DNA of 64,000 nt, from the IMG/VR virus record IMGVR_UViG_3300030379_000158; one strand, 5' to 3'. The notes below the pieces were generated by a model. It did no database searches. It was not told the origin of the DNA and saw only the letters and a program-made list of their open reading frames with translations. This document shows, piece by piece, positions 20,123 through 30,378 of the stretch. Source of the stretch: a virus. Lineage: Duplodnaviria; Heunggongvirae; Uroviricota; Caudoviricetes. Numbering within the stretch: the stretch's first letter is position 1; each line of letters starts with the position of its first letter. The position numbers were made by a program, and so were the translations under genes.

Positions 20123-20707
20123 ATGCCTAATCGCATTCCTCTCGATCCTGTATTGCCCAAAAATTTTGACTGCACTCCTAACGAGAAACGCTTTAAAGCT
20201 CAGCTGGACGCCTAGTGGGACCATCCATATGGGGTTACACAACCTGACGGGAAAATTGTAGTTTATTGTCTGAATGGTGGGGCGTGGGACCGTCCATCCG
20301 TGCTTTGTTTGGCAGATAACTATGATGAAGCCTGTGAACTTGCCGAAAGACAGCAGGCAAGCTGGGTAAAAACACGGTCTGAACCGACATTCATGTTTTC
20401 AAAAGAACCGCCATTTATACTGGCGAGGATGTCGCAGCGACCGGATCATCAACAAGAAATTGTTGCTGAATTTTCCTCAAGGGATGAGATGAATCTCTTC
20501 TCATTAAAGCAGGAAGAAAGGGATCGCGTCGAAGTGTCTCCAACTCTCGACCACAACCGGATGAACCTGGCCCAGCTCGCCTGGTACAGCAAAGAATTAG
20601 AGATGTCTATTGCCCGGCTTGAAAACGAAAAAGCCGCTATCCAAGTCCAGCACGAAGTAGTTCTGAACCGGATTAGAGAAATGCAAAACGATAACAGGGG
20701 ATTTTGA
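20123..20707 (+). pseudogene. LexA-linked gene interrupted by an in-frame amber codon (TAG at 20213-20215); downstream part is track ORF 20300..20707
   Basis: ATG at 20123 with AAGGA RBS; 30 codons, TAG, then the frame continues without further stops into the 135-aa track ORF. Confidence 0.45.
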
Positions 20708-21064
20708 ATGGCTAAAATCGAGTACCATCGCGATCGCAGTAATTACCTGGAAATATACGATCATGAATCTCTTAACGATATCAACGATGCGTTATATGAA
20801 TACTGTGAAAAAACGAGCATCACAGATGCACCTGATGCATTTGTCGAGCTGCCGGTATATCTCCGCGACATCTATGCAATACGAACACCGCCCGTATCGG
20901 TGATTCACATTGGCTATGTCCGCCTGTCCATCGAAGAAGATGAAGATCGTTATATCGTGCGCCACTATACATTGGACAGAAAAGAACTTCCTAATGAATG
21001 GAACATGAGTAATTTCTACAACGGTGAATATGGCTTAAAATCCGCTAATAATTTACGGTCATAA
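20708..21064 (+). CDS. Hypothetical protein (118 aa), translationally coupled to preceding ORF (TGAATG)
   Basis: Track ORF; stop/start overlap. Confidence 0.5.
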   Translation: MAKIEYHRDRSNYLEIYDHESLNDINDALYEYCEKTSITDAPDAFVELPVYLRDIYAIRTPPVSVIHIGYVRLSIEEDEDRYIVRHYTLDRKELPNEWNMSNFYNGEYGLKSANNLRS

Positions 21065-21926
21065 TCTATACAGGCATGTATAACAACAACGAGCCTATTA
21101 GCTGTCAACAACGTTATTTCCTCAAATAAGAAAAAGCAGAAAACAAATTGTTTAAGGTCACAAATTGTGGCCTTGATGGAGGAGGGAGGCTTATTGGCTA
21201 TGGCTAAAAATCAAATTAGACACTTCATGTTGCTGTAGCTCATCAAGATCCGAGGCCACAAAACCTTTTCCGAAAAACTTCACAAGTAACTCACTAGCCG
21301 CATCATTGTCACCTATTACACGAAAGTCATACGGCAACGTCGCAAGTTGACGATGTAATCCTGCTGAGAAAGTCGAATCTAACAGCGCCCAGAATTCCCA
21401 CCGCAGGATAATACTCGCCTCTTAATACTGTATATATGTTGTTACGATATGTTTTTCTGTCTCTAAAAAAAGATGTTAATAGAATGCTAACCATTGAAGG
21501 GGATAAAAATATACAATTCCAACAAACGTTATTTTTAACAATTTTTTTCTTTGCGTTGACTTTCCCGGACACCTTGTCTGACCGAAGGTGCGCGAAAGCC
21601 ACTTTTTCCTTCCTGAGTTATCCACAAAGTTATGCACTTGCAAGAGGGCCATTTTCTACATATTGTGGTGGCTAACAGATGAAATGAATGTAGATTAATT
21701 GAAGATAAGGAGAAAATTTGAGATGCAATCATGACGTTAATAGATAGGGTCTGCATTACAGACCCCACCCGCATCAAGGAATTAGCCGTTCCCTGATGTT
21801 TTTCCGAAAACATGTGCCGTAAGCTCACGTTAACGACTTTCATTCACCGAATCCAACTATATAGGGGTTGGGTTTCTACGTCAACGTGAGCAAGTGCACC
21901 TTTACATTTGACAAGGAACCACCTGA

Positions 21927-22064
21927 ATGAACGCTTTTTTTCAGTTCCTGAGTGCATTTTTAGATGCGCCTATTATTAGCCAGATTCTGGCTATTATCCT
22001 CATCATCGTTTTGATTTTGCTTTTAAGGTCAGTAAAAAATGGAATTATGCACTGGCTTACTTAA
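21927..22064 (+). CDS. Small hydrophobic peptide (45 aa; MNAFFQFLSAFLDAPIISQILAIILIIVLILLLRSVKNGIMHWLT), possible membrane toxin or leader peptide
   Basis: ATG with AAGGAA upstream; single predicted transmembrane stretch; lies in an about 1-kb AT-rich region without large ORFs. Confidence 0.3.
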   Translation: MNAFFQFLSAFLDAPIISQILAIILIIVLILLLRSVKNGIMHWLT

Positions 22065-22139
22065 TGTTTCAGTGAAACATTAAAATCTCCTTGATGTGGA
22101 AACAATCATTTTCTGTATGTGCTGGTGGGCACCTGTAGT

Positions 22140-22502
22140 TCAGCTTTCGTTGGCATTTAACTTCGTCTTTGCTTTCTCCACCAGCAACTTCCAGATGCCT
22201 ATTTCATTAGCAGCCGCCTTGATGGCGGCATAAAAAGCATCTTGCTGATCGTAACGCTGGATCTGTTTTTTCAGTTTTGCCTCCACCAATTTAATTTCAT
22301 TACGTGCTTTCTGAAGCCGCATCACCGCCCGGTTACGTCTGTTCTTGTATAGCGTGTTAATCTCTGACAATTGCTTTAATTTACCAGCCTGACTGCGGAT
22401 TATCGCCTCCCTGGCTTCTGCCGTGCGTCTCATCTTATCTCTTAAGAGTTCACCGTTTTCGATAATTCTTTCAAGGTGTTTGATGTGATCTGCAACTCTC
22501 AT
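22140..22502 (-). CDS. Hypothetical coiled-coil protein (120 aa)
   Basis: Track ORF. Confidence 0.5.
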   Translation of the reverse strand: MRVADHIKHLERIIENGELLRDKMRRTAEAREAIIRSQAGKLKQLSEINTLYKNRRNRAVMRLQKARNEIKLVEAKLKKQIQRYDQQDAFYAAIKAAANEIGIWKLLVEKAKTKLNANES

Positions 22503-23380
22503 ACTTCACCCTCGCTTGTATCACCAGCGTCCACCAACGACAATAAAGCCCTAGCCATCTTATGAACCAACAGTGCATCAATAATGCCAAGCGTATGCCC
22601 CGGCTTAATGTTTAATGCTGCCTCAAGATGACACCTTTCCAGACCGCTTTTCTCGGCTTGTTTATGATGATATGGCGTAATAACGTCGCCCAAAACACGG
22701 CTAATTCTTTCTCGTAATTGCTGGGTGCCAGCACACTTGATCGCTGTATCGTGGAGACGGTTAACCAGTTCGCGATAAACATGCGGCTTAATGCGGATAC
22801 GTTCACCGGTGACGCCCTTTCCTGGCGCAGGCACCGAACTATCCGGAATATCCGGATAGTTGCCAGCCAGTCTACGCAAAACAGCCTTAATTGCATCAAT
22901 ACGGTCATCATCAACTTTTTCTACAATATTGGAATTTAAATACTTCGAAGCCTTGCTATGCCAATCGCTGGTTTTAGGGTCTTGTCCATCCATCAAACGC
23001 CAAGCTTCAGCGATTAACTCATAGCCAGTAACAGTGGCTTCCTGCGCATCACCAATCAGTTGTGTGATCTCTCTTTCAAGCATGCTTAGAGCGTTAGGCA
23101 TTGGTTTTTCTTCCGGTACTACTGGAACGGGGGGAGCGGCGTAGACCTCAATAATTCCATTATCAATAGGCCATTCTCCATCCTTGAGGTAGTCACTTGT
23201 GCCGTCAACTTGCTGTTCTGCAATGTGGAATGCACCTATTGGTTTTGCGTCCAGCGATGCCAGAGCAATTCGTGCCAGTTCTTCCGCTTCTTCTGCTGGC
23301 AGTACAACGTTGCTACCAGGTCCGTATGTTTCGCGCCACTGCTTGATTGTCAGTAGTCGCTCTTTGGTAATAGTGGTCAT
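22499..23380 (-). CDS. Hypothetical protein (293 aa)
   Basis: Track ORF, 4-bp overlaps with both neighbours. Confidence 0.55.
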   Translation of the reverse strand: MTTITKERLLTIKQWRETYGPGSNVVLPAEEAEELARIALASLDAKPIGAFHIAEQQVDGTSDYLKDGEWPIDNGIIEVYAAPPVPVVPEEKPMPNALSMLEREITQLIGDAQEATVTGYELIAEAWRLMDGQDPKTSDWHSKASKYLNSNIVEKVDDDRIDAIKAVLRRLAGNYPDIPDSSVPAPGKGVTGERIRIKPHVYRELVNRLHDTAIKCAGTQQLRERISRVLGDVITPYHHKQAEKSGLERCHLEAALNIKPGHTLGIIDALLVHKMARALLSLVDAGDTSEGEV

Positions 23381-23892
23381 GCCGCGTTTCCTTCTTTCTT
23401 ATTAACAATTACACCGTCATATATTTCATTAAGGTGCCCTCTCAACTCCATGCGCCTTAATGCAGATAACATGTAATCGCATTCAACCTGCTTATTTCCA
23501 GTAAATGGCTTATCGTCAGGATTACCCCAACAGCAATTACCCTTGGGCCACCCATGTACTTTCCGTACTCTTCCGTTAACAACGTGAAGTAATCCCCAGC
23601 CAGGTGGTAAATCCTCAATTGAAATAATTCCCGGCTCACTAATAAAGAATCGCCAGTCGCCCATTCCAAGAGACGGATTTTTACGAAAACGCTTTTTTCT
23701 ATCTGCCAACAAGTCAGCACGAGAACACTTCGCCTCTATCAGGCATGATGCTGAATTTCTGAATCCCATAGCATCTGGCTGTTCTCCGGTACTGGTTACA
23801 GCTATAAAGCGGTCATGAAAACAAACCTTGAACCCGTTGCGCTTAAGGAACTTGTACGCAATCTGACAGAGTTCGCGGTGTGTTAACGCCAT
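23377..23892 (-). CDS. Hypothetical protein, possible PD-(D/E)xK-type nuclease (171 aa)
   Basis: D...IEAK-type motif (CLIEAKCSRADL); weak call. Confidence 0.4.
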   Translation of the reverse strand: MALTHRELCQIAYKFLKRNGFKVCFHDRFIAVTSTGEQPDAMGFRNSASCLIEAKCSRADLLADRKKRFRKNPSLGMGDWRFFISEPGIISIEDLPPGWGLLHVVNGRVRKVHGWPKGNCCWGNPDDKPFTGNKQVECDYMLSALRRMELRGHLNEIYDGVIVNKKEGNAA

Positions 23893-23893
23893 A

Positions 23894-24583
23894 TCACTCT
23901 CCTTTGATGCGAATGCCAGCGTCAGACATCATATGCAGATACTCAACTGCATCCTGAACCCATTGACCGCCAATCCCGTAATAGCGATGCGTAATGATGT
24001 CGATAGTTACTAACGCGTCTTGTTCGATTAACTTCCGCAGAAACTCTTCCAGGTCACCAGTGCAGTGCTTGATGACAGGAGTTTTCCCAGGATGGCGAAC
24101 AACAAGAAACTGATTTCCGACTTCACGGACTTCGTTGCTTTCCAGTTCTGCTATGCGCTTACTTCCATCCGCGATTACTCCCTCGTAATATTCACGCTGC
24201 TCGTTGAGTTTTGATTTTGCTGTTTCAAGCTCAACGCGCAGCTTCCCTACCGTTAGCGCAATATCCTCGTTCTCCTGGTCGCGGCGTTTGATGTATTGCT
24301 GGTTTCTTTCCCGTTCATCCAGTAGTGCCAGCACGGTAGCTGGACTGGCTGCTGCGATGAATTCAGCATTGGCCTGCTGTTCCATTTGGAAATCTTCATC
24401 GAAACCGCTTTCTGGATGCGCTCCTTCAATTCTGCAAATGGGAATATATCCAGCAACTTCACGATGAATTAGCGCATCATCACCATCAAATCGGCTCTCT
24501 CCATATTCGAGCGACCATACACCACACGTTGCTTTTTCTGCCTTTTCACGCAGTGCCTGATAGTCAATTTTCATACTCGCCAT
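23894..24583 (-). CDS. Hypothetical coiled-coil protein (229 aa)
   Basis: Track ORF. Confidence 0.5.
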   Translation of the reverse strand: MASMKIDYQALREKAEKATCGVWSLEYGESRFDGDDALIHREVAGYIPICRIEGAHPESGFDEDFQMEQQANAEFIAAASPATVLALLDERERNQQYIKRRDQENEDIALTVGKLRVELETAKSKLNEQREYYEGVIADGSKRIAELESNEVREVGNQFLVVRHPGKTPVIKHCTGDLEEFLRKLIEQDALVTIDIITHRYYGIGGQWVQDAVEYLHMMSDAGIRIKGE

Positions 24584-25215
24584 CCTTCACAGTTGTAATC
24601 ACGACATCCTTCAAAATCATATGGGCTGTACTGCCAGGTAATTTTTCCGCAATGCGGACAATTCCAGCGCACCTTACCGCTTCGCGACTTTTTTCTTCTG
24701 TTTTGTTTTTTCAACCAGTCAGGTATGACCAAACCTGCGCCCTGAACCATTGTTCTGCGGTTAAAATTATTGATATTGAACGTCCGGCGCTTTGCTACAT
24801 CGGCAATGGAAAATGGCAACCAAACTATTCCTGGCTCGTTTTTGTTAGCGACGCTAAAGATGGTTGCTTTACTGAAGTCATCTGTTGGCAATCCACCGTG
24901 TTGAAGCCAGTAAACATCGTTGCCGTTCCAGCTACCTTTTTTGTAGGCCACATACGCAGTGCAATCTGACTCAATCAGGCTTTCTGTGGGGATGTACTGG
25001 CAATCAACGTGCCACAGAGCCATTGCATCCACGCTATCAGCGCAAACAGGCTGATCGATATCTCGTCCACAATTCCAGGCTTTTTGGGCTTCTTCCAGCG
25101 TGTAAACATGAGCGCGATCGATATCAGAACTGTAACCATTGCCGTTATGGCAATGGAATGAGGCGTTATTACCCACAGTTTCACGCAAGCACATCATGTA
25201 AAAGCGGTTATTCAC
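24571..25215 (-). CDS. Hypothetical Cys-rich protein (214 aa)
   Basis: C-terminal CPHCG...C..C motif suggests zinc binding. Confidence 0.5.
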   Translation of the reverse strand: MNNRFYMMCLRETVGNNASFHCHNGNGYSSDIDRAHVYTLEEAQKAWNCGRDIDQPVCADSVDAMALWHVDCQYIPTESLIESDCTAYVAYKKGSWNGNDVYWLQHGGLPTDDFSKATIFSVANKNEPGIVWLPFSIADVAKRRTFNINNFNRRTMVQGAGLVIPDWLKKQNRRKKSRSGKVRWNCPHCGKITWQYSPYDFEGCRDYNCEGWRV

Positions 25216-25492
25216 TGGTTGCCTCCGCTTCCCACGTTTTCAGACTTTCACCACAGAACGGGCAAAATGAAACTCGAATAGGCGATTTAGAAAATTCACC
25301 AGACCGCAGCATGATCAGGTCTTGTGAATGAATTAATTCATGGTTATAGATTTTGTATTTCAGCAGACCTTTTCGCGTCGTGTATTCAGCGTCATGCTCC
25401 AGGGATTGTGCCAACGCCGCGCACGGTTCTATCTTGTTGCCATTAATTTGGCATTTTGACTCACTCACTGGTTGCCCCCTGAATACGCTCAA
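25208..25492 (-). CDS. Hypothetical small protein (94 aa) with CxxC pair
   Basis: Track ORF overlapping neighbours. Confidence 0.4.
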   Translation of the reverse strand: MSVFRGQPVSESKCQINGNKIEPCAALAQSLEHDAEYTTRKGLLKYKIYNHELIHSQDLIMLRSGEFSKSPIRVSFCPFCGESLKTWEAEATSE

Positions 25493-26042
25493 ACTCTATT
25501 ACCCACACCCAAGGATTAGCGTTCCAACTATCTTCGCCATAAATTGATTTCCATAGGCTAGGGAAACCTGGGTAATGCTTATCGCCAATGAGGGTCGATT
25601 CTGTTGGTGCGCCCTCAGCCCTTGCATCGCATTCGCTGATATCGTTCAACCGCTCAACGCGAACGTTGGTAATTTCCAGAAGAATGCGCGATGCCCAGCG
25701 CGGCATGTGAATTGATGGCGTCCACTTTTCTGATACTGGTTTATTACAAACCTCGACCGGAACCCGGTGCGTTTGTTCTGTCCAGGAGTTACGCACGCTT
25801 GCGCGATAAACCAGCGTTGCGACGTCCGTCGCTTTGCCATGTACCCGGTAGGTTTCGCGAACCCAAATACGATCGCCCGGTTGACCATATGGACAATGCT
25901 TGGCAAGCAACTCTGCGGCCACTGCCCGTCCATAGAATTTTTCTTCAACAATCCTGCGAGTCTGTGTTTTATTCCCGCCAAGAATTGCCCGGACCATCTC
26001 ATCGTTAAAAATCATGCCGCGCTCTTTCACTTCGCCTTTCAT
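25461..26042 (-). CDS. Hypothetical protein (193 aa)
   Basis: Track ORF. Confidence 0.5.
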   Translation of the reverse strand: MKGEVKERGMIFNDEMVRAILGGNKTQTRRIVEEKFYGRAVAAELLAKHCPYGQPGDRIWVRETYRVHGKATDVATLVYRASVRNSWTEQTHRVPVEVCNKPVSEKWTPSIHMPRWASRILLEITNVRVERLNDISECDARAEGAPTESTLIGDKHYPGFPSLWKSIYGEDSWNANPWVWVIEFERIQGATSE

Positions 26043-26051
26043 GCATCCCCC

Positions 26052-26138
26052 TTACCCATGAGCGACGATGCCGCCAAAAGTGATAGAGAACTGCCAGAAA
26101 TAGATCGCGGCCATAATGATTTTGAATGCCGTGTTCAT
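26052..26138 (-). CDS. Tiny hydrophobic peptide (28 aa, MNTAFKIIMAAIYFWQFSITFGGIVAHG)
   Basis: ATG preceded by AGGAG at 8-nt spacing and by the CCAATCAATCA motif; not in ORF track (below size cut-off). Confidence 0.3.
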   Translation of the reverse strand: MNTAFKIIMAAIYFWQFSITFGGIVAHG

Positions 26139-26221
26139 ATTTTCAGCTCCTGTGATTGATTGGATACATGCCGCGCCTTGCGGCATGTTTTTATTTTCAC
26201 TTTCTCTGTTTTAAAAATCAA

Positions 26222-26238
26222 TATTTATTAGAGCAATT
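26222..26238 (-). promoter_or_regulatory. C1 operator-like site
   Basis: ATATTTATTAGAGCAATTA. Confidence 0.55.
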
Positions 26239-26743
26239 ATTGTTGATGAAGAAGCGCGTTTTCATACTCCCTGACCATTAACGTAAGCACGCCGTGCCTC
26301 CTGAAAACACGCGCCACTTCAATCTTATCTTCCAGCGCGAACGCGATTTTACTTAGACCAATTTTCTTAAGGAGATCAATCTTTGCTGGGCCGTCATTTC
26401 TGTCATCGGTGGCAGGACGCATAGATAGCAAAGGCTCAGCCCCATTTGTTACGTGCTTACGCAACCAAGCTCGTGTTTTATCCCTGGCTATCTCACTGCG
26501 CCCGGTTACAAACCAGAGCGTGTAAATGCTGGACAACTGGCGCACCATATCAATAACTGGAGTGATGGGAGCATCAGTGTCACAGGCAAGGTTAAACTCG
26601 TTCCAGTGCTCTGTTAATGCACCTTTGCCAGGTGGTGGAAGTAAATGCAGCCTGTCTTCCGTTGCCTCTGATATTGTTCCATCAATATCAACTATGACGA
26701 TATACGGACGTTCCTGGTGTGCGTGTTTATTGAAAATACTCAA
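26237..26743 (-). CDS. HAD-superfamily phosphatase-like protein (168 aa), TTG start
   Basis: N-terminal VIVDIDGT motif typical of HAD phosphatases; GAGGAGG RBS before TTG. Confidence 0.55.
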   Translation of the reverse strand: MSIFNKHAHQERPYIVIVDIDGTISEATEDRLHLLPPPGKGALTEHWNEFNLACDTDAPITPVIDMVRQLSSIYTLWFVTGRSEIARDKTRAWLRKHVTNGAEPLLSMRPATDDRNDGPAKIDLLKKIGLSKIAFALEDKIEVARVFRRHGVLTLMVREYENALLHQQ

Positions 26744-26815
26744 ATGCCCTCCTCATTGGACGAAAAAAATGCTGGTGGGCGCACTCCACCAGCATTAAAA
26801 GTGACACTGTAACTG

Positions 26816-28078
26816 TCAGCGAACGTAAATAGTGCCGCCGTTCTCTTTTTCCCATGCATCGCTACGTGCATAGCAAACATCGAGAAGTCTTCTTGCCGCT
26901 GTTTCCTCTAAACCCAATTCGACAACCAACTGCTCATGACGGCGGGTAACCACATCAAACAGGGTATGCAGCCCTTTAGCTGCCAGATCATCAATAAATT
27001 CCGGTTCGAACGGCAGCTCTGCCTCTGCCAACATAACCTCTTGCGCCCACTCAACTCGACGGACCAGTTCCGGGCGGCGGCTTTCCATCTCTTTACAGAT
27101 CAATTCATGGAAGAACTCTACCCAACCTTCCGGCTGGAACTCGCGGAAAATGGCCAACGGCTGGAAGTTTGGCATCAACCATTCGTTGATCCGGATATCA
27201 ATGGCATAGCCCATGTCGCAGCAGAACTGATAAGCAAAGTCCAGCTTAGAAACGATATAAGGACGCTCGTTATTGAACTCTTTAGGCGATGAGATCCCAT
27301 AAGCCAGGAGGCGCGGGAAGAAGGAGATTTGCCCTAACGTCGGATGAAGTTTGCTTGCAGGGAAACGGCGCTCAGTAATGCCATACATTTCCTTCTTGAG
27401 CGTCGCAAATTTGGCATTCTCATTAACCAGCGCGGTAACCTCTGCTTTTTTATTAGCAAATGCCACGCGCGCCTCGCTTGCATCTTTAATAGTTTTTTTG
27501 AGCTGTTGGTTAAGGTCGGCAACCTGCTTACGCAGTTCCTGTCGCTCGCTTTTAGCTTTGTTATAGCGTTTCTCAAGGTTAAAAGGATCAAGTTTCATGA
27601 TCTCTTTATATTGAGATTTTAGCGTTGAAATCTGTGAGTTCCGCAGTTCAACCATCGCGGTCATTTCATTGAGTTTTGTTTCCAGCTCAATGCTTATACG
27701 TTCGGCATTATCAGCACGCTGGTTGGCGTCATGCGTCGCATCGTCGATCGCGTCCTGTTGCTGGCGTTTCAAATGTTCAATTTCCAGCTGAAGCTCTTCA
27801 ATTTCTTTACCCTTCAGACCGAGATCCAACTGCATATTTTCAGCTGCATCTACCAGGGAGTTATGGCTATCAGCTTCTGCGTTATAAACATCAATAAGCT
27901 GTGCGTGAAGCATCTCCGCTGACTGAACCGCATTATCAAAAAAACGCGCTGTGAGGTCATCACAACTAACGCGGCGTTGCGCGGCCCGGATGTTCTGGAT
28001 AATGGCCGGGATACCGGCATTCAGGACGTCAGGGATAGATACATTTTCGATTGATTGGTTTTGTGCTGAAGTGCTCAT
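26816..28078 (-). CDS. Hypothetical protein with N-terminal coiled coil (420 aa)
   Basis: Track ORF; paired C1 operator-like sites upstream. Confidence 0.55.
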   Translation of the reverse strand: MSTSAQNQSIENVSIPDVLNAGIPAIIQNIRAAQRRVSCDDLTARFFDNAVQSAEMLHAQLIDVYNAEADSHNSLVDAAENMQLDLGLKGKEIEELQLEIEHLKRQQQDAIDDATHDANQRADNAERISIELETKLNEMTAMVELRNSQISTLKSQYKEIMKLDPFNLEKRYNKAKSERQELRKQVADLNQQLKKTIKDASEARVAFANKKAEVTALVNENAKFATLKKEMYGITERRFPASKLHPTLGQISFFPRLLAYGISSPKEFNNERPYIVSKLDFAYQFCCDMGYAIDIRINEWLMPNFQPLAIFREFQPEGWVEFFHELICKEMESRRPELVRRVEWAQEVMLAEAELPFEPEFIDDLAAKGLHTLFDVVTRRHEQLVVELGLEETAARRLLDVCYARSDAWEKENGGTIYVR

Positions 28079-28312
28079 TTCAAAGTTCCGTATTAGCTTG
28101 TGCTTCGGTCATTTTTCCTAAGTATGAAGGAGGAAGGACGACGCAATTTGTATCCAGTCCCTCACCTATGGCAGCCTGTAAAATTCTGGCTAAGGTGAGT
28201 CTCTTATTGCGATACCTGGTGATGACATGCCTGATACCGCCGGTCGGCGTAACAAAGGCGATCAGCCAGTAGTGATATTTCCGTCGGAATGGCCACATAG
28301 TGCACCTTATAG

Positions 28313-28329
28313 ATTGCTCTAATAAAAAA
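28313..28329 (+). promoter_or_regulatory. C1 operator-like site (left member of inverted pair)
   Basis: ATTGCTCTAATAAAAAA. Confidence 0.55.
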
Positions 28330-28363
28330 CGTGATGAGTGTACATCACGTTTTAAAAATATGG

Positions 28364-28380
28364 AATTATTAGAGCAATAT
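28364..28380 (-). promoter_or_regulatory. C1 operator-like site (right member of inverted pair)
   Basis: AATTATTAGAGCAATATT. Confidence 0.55.
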
Positions 28381-29081
28381 TATTCTGATTCTTGCTCAAA
28401 AAACGAGCTAATAAGGGGAAGCCAATCCTCTGACACTTCGCGAGGTCGCGGTTTGCCGTGGAAAAAGATTATTCGGCAGTCTTTTGGTAATGCCCCATTC
28501 CCCCTGGAGTAACGCGCGCTCGCATATTTCGAACCAGGTTCCACAACATCGGCCTTGTAACTTACAAACCATCCCGGATACAGATCCTGAAATGCTGGTG
28601 TATCATCACCCATAACCTTCCGCAAAAACCCCTGATCACCCCAGCATTCAGTAGTAACACAACGAGCAACCCAACCTTCCGGATCTTGCCAGAATGCACT
28701 CCAGATATGCGCTTTTACACTATTTGGTATCCACAGGGCACCGCTACCACGATATTGTGGATGGTAAAAATCCCTAAGCATGGTGAAGCTGGTTGGTGGA
28801 TTCTCAAGGATTGGGCGTATATCACCGGCAATAACCGTGTCCAAATCCAGATAGAACAGATCATCGGTTATATCCGGTCGGAACAACTCGATTTTCGCCC
28901 ACCAGCCACGGCACTTTTGCCACTGGTTGATCAATGGGATAACTTTGACGCCAGGTACATGTAAACGCTTCAGGTCTGTCAGGCAAATAATTTCATAGCC
29001 TTTTGGCAGTTGATTAACCAGCCACTGCACATCGGAAGCGTTATAGTCACCACCAGAGCGAAGAACTAAAGCAATCTTCAT
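28380..29081 (-). CDS. Putative glycosyltransferase-like protein with DxD motif (233 aa)
   Basis: YLDLDTV motif; fold assignment not verified. Confidence 0.4.
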   Translation of the reverse strand: MKIALVLRSGGDYNASDVQWLVNQLPKGYEIICLTDLKRLHVPGVKVIPLINQWQKCRGWWAKIELFRPDITDDLFYLDLDTVIAGDIRPILENPPTSFTMLRDFYHPQYRGSGALWIPNSVKAHIWSAFWQDPEGWVARCVTTECWGDQGFLRKVMGDDTPAFQDLYPGWFVSYKADVVEPGSKYASARYSRGNGALPKDCRIIFFHGKPRPREVSEDWLPLISSFFEQESE

Positions 29082-29770
29082 GCTGCACCATCACCTTTCA
29101 CTTTCATCAATGTCAGGTTTCCGCAAAATACGGCACCAGTATCGATATAATGCTGATTCCAGAATGTCTTCGGGCTTTTCACCAGAGTGTGACCAAAGAT
29201 AAAACGATCTGCGCCCGAAATTTCGCCACCAATATCATCCATCGAATCACTGATACGCTCGCGCGCCCAGACAACGTTGAAAAGCGGCACCTCCTTACCG
29301 AATTGATATTCATTATCCGGATAGTCGGCATGGGCTATAACGATAGTTTCTTGCCCGGTGTTCAACTCAATGATATAGGGCAGTCGTCTTACCAACTCCA
29401 CCAGCGCCCTGGCTAATATTTCCTGATCAGCGTCCAGCATGAAGAACCATTGACCGCCATTCATTAGCCAGTTATTCACGTTGCCATCAGGACTTAACGC
29501 ATCAATCATCAGCCGCTCATGGTTGCCCATAACCGCTCTGAACCATGGCATCTGCAATAGCTCCAGGCATTTAACATTTTCGGTGCCGCGATCGATAAGG
29601 TCGCCGACCGATATCAGTAAATCCTGCGCAGGGTCAAAATCCACACGATGGAGTTCGGACATCAGTCTGGTGTAGCAACCATGCAGATCACCAACAACCC
29701 AGATATTCCTGTATTTGGTACCGTCGATACGGTGATAAATTGTGGGTGCCATCATGTATTCTTCAGCCAT
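29078..29770 (-). CDS. Ser/Thr protein phosphatase, lambda-PPase-like metallophosphatase (230 aa)
   Basis: GDLHG, GDLIDRG and GNHE motifs; matches the position of P1 ppp. Confidence 0.75.
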   Translation of the reverse strand: MAEEYMMAPTIYHRIDGTKYRNIWVVGDLHGCYTRLMSELHRVDFDPAQDLLISVGDLIDRGTENVKCLELLQMPWFRAVMGNHERLMIDALSPDGNVNNWLMNGGQWFFMLDADQEILARALVELVRRLPYIIELNTGQETIVIAHADYPDNEYQFGKEVPLFNVVWARERISDSMDDIGGEISGADRFIFGHTLVKSPKTFWNQHYIDTGAVFCGNLTLMKVKGDGAA

Positions 29771-30378
29771 TCTTTAAGAGTCATCTGCGGAATACCTCCC
29801 ATTTTCCCGCATGAAACAACGTCAATCTGTTCACGCGCAGACTGGAATAACAAAGGCAGGTGACTTAGATTTTTTGGCGTGCCGCCGGAGTGAACGCGTG
29901 GTTCTTGCGTAGCGTCAACGCCCACCAGGGCTACATGTTTGAATCCGATATGGAAAGCCAGGTTCAGAGCACCATATGCACTATTGCCACTGGCAATTTC
30001 ATTCTCATCTTCACAAAGGCCGAAATGTGCGGACCAGCGCCACGCCCACCACTCGGGAGAATTCGTATTTTTTGGCTCGATGCCGCGTTCAGCCACACGA
30101 CGGAAGCACAGAACGCCGTCTCTGACTTCACGTTCTTTAACATCGGGTAGTGCCATGCAATAACAAACACCACGGCGACGGCGGCCACGACCAACGCGCC
30201 GCATATTGTCTGGGGATGGATCAAGGGTGAAAAAATAAGAAGCGCGGTTAAGCCAGTCGATAGCCCCATTGACCGCTATAATCGGCACTCCGCGCGGCGC
30301 AACAAAGTTTGCGGCGCTTGGGCCACTGCCGACGATAATAACGCGATCACTGCCTCTAAATTTATTCTTGGGAAACAT
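29752..30378 (-). CDS. DUF115/MptE-like (motility-accessory-factor-like) protein, paralog A (208 aa)
   Basis: N-terminal VGSGPS...IAVN motif; similar to upstream neighbour. Confidence 0.45.
   Translation of the reverse strand: MFPKNKFRGSDRVIIVGSGPSAANFVAPRGVPIIAVNGAIDWLNRASYFFTLDPSPDNMRRVGRGRRRRGVCYCMALPDVKEREVRDGVLCFRRVAERGIEPKNTNSPEWWAWRWSAHFGLCEDENEIASGNSAYGALNLAFHIGFKHVALVGVDATQEPRVHSGGTPKNLSHLPLLFQSAREQIDVVSCGKMGGIPQMTLKEWLKNT

Noticed and set aside
21421-21440. Second LexA box
   Set aside because: Only the CTGT half-site with AT-rich spacer is present; the ACAG half is missing.
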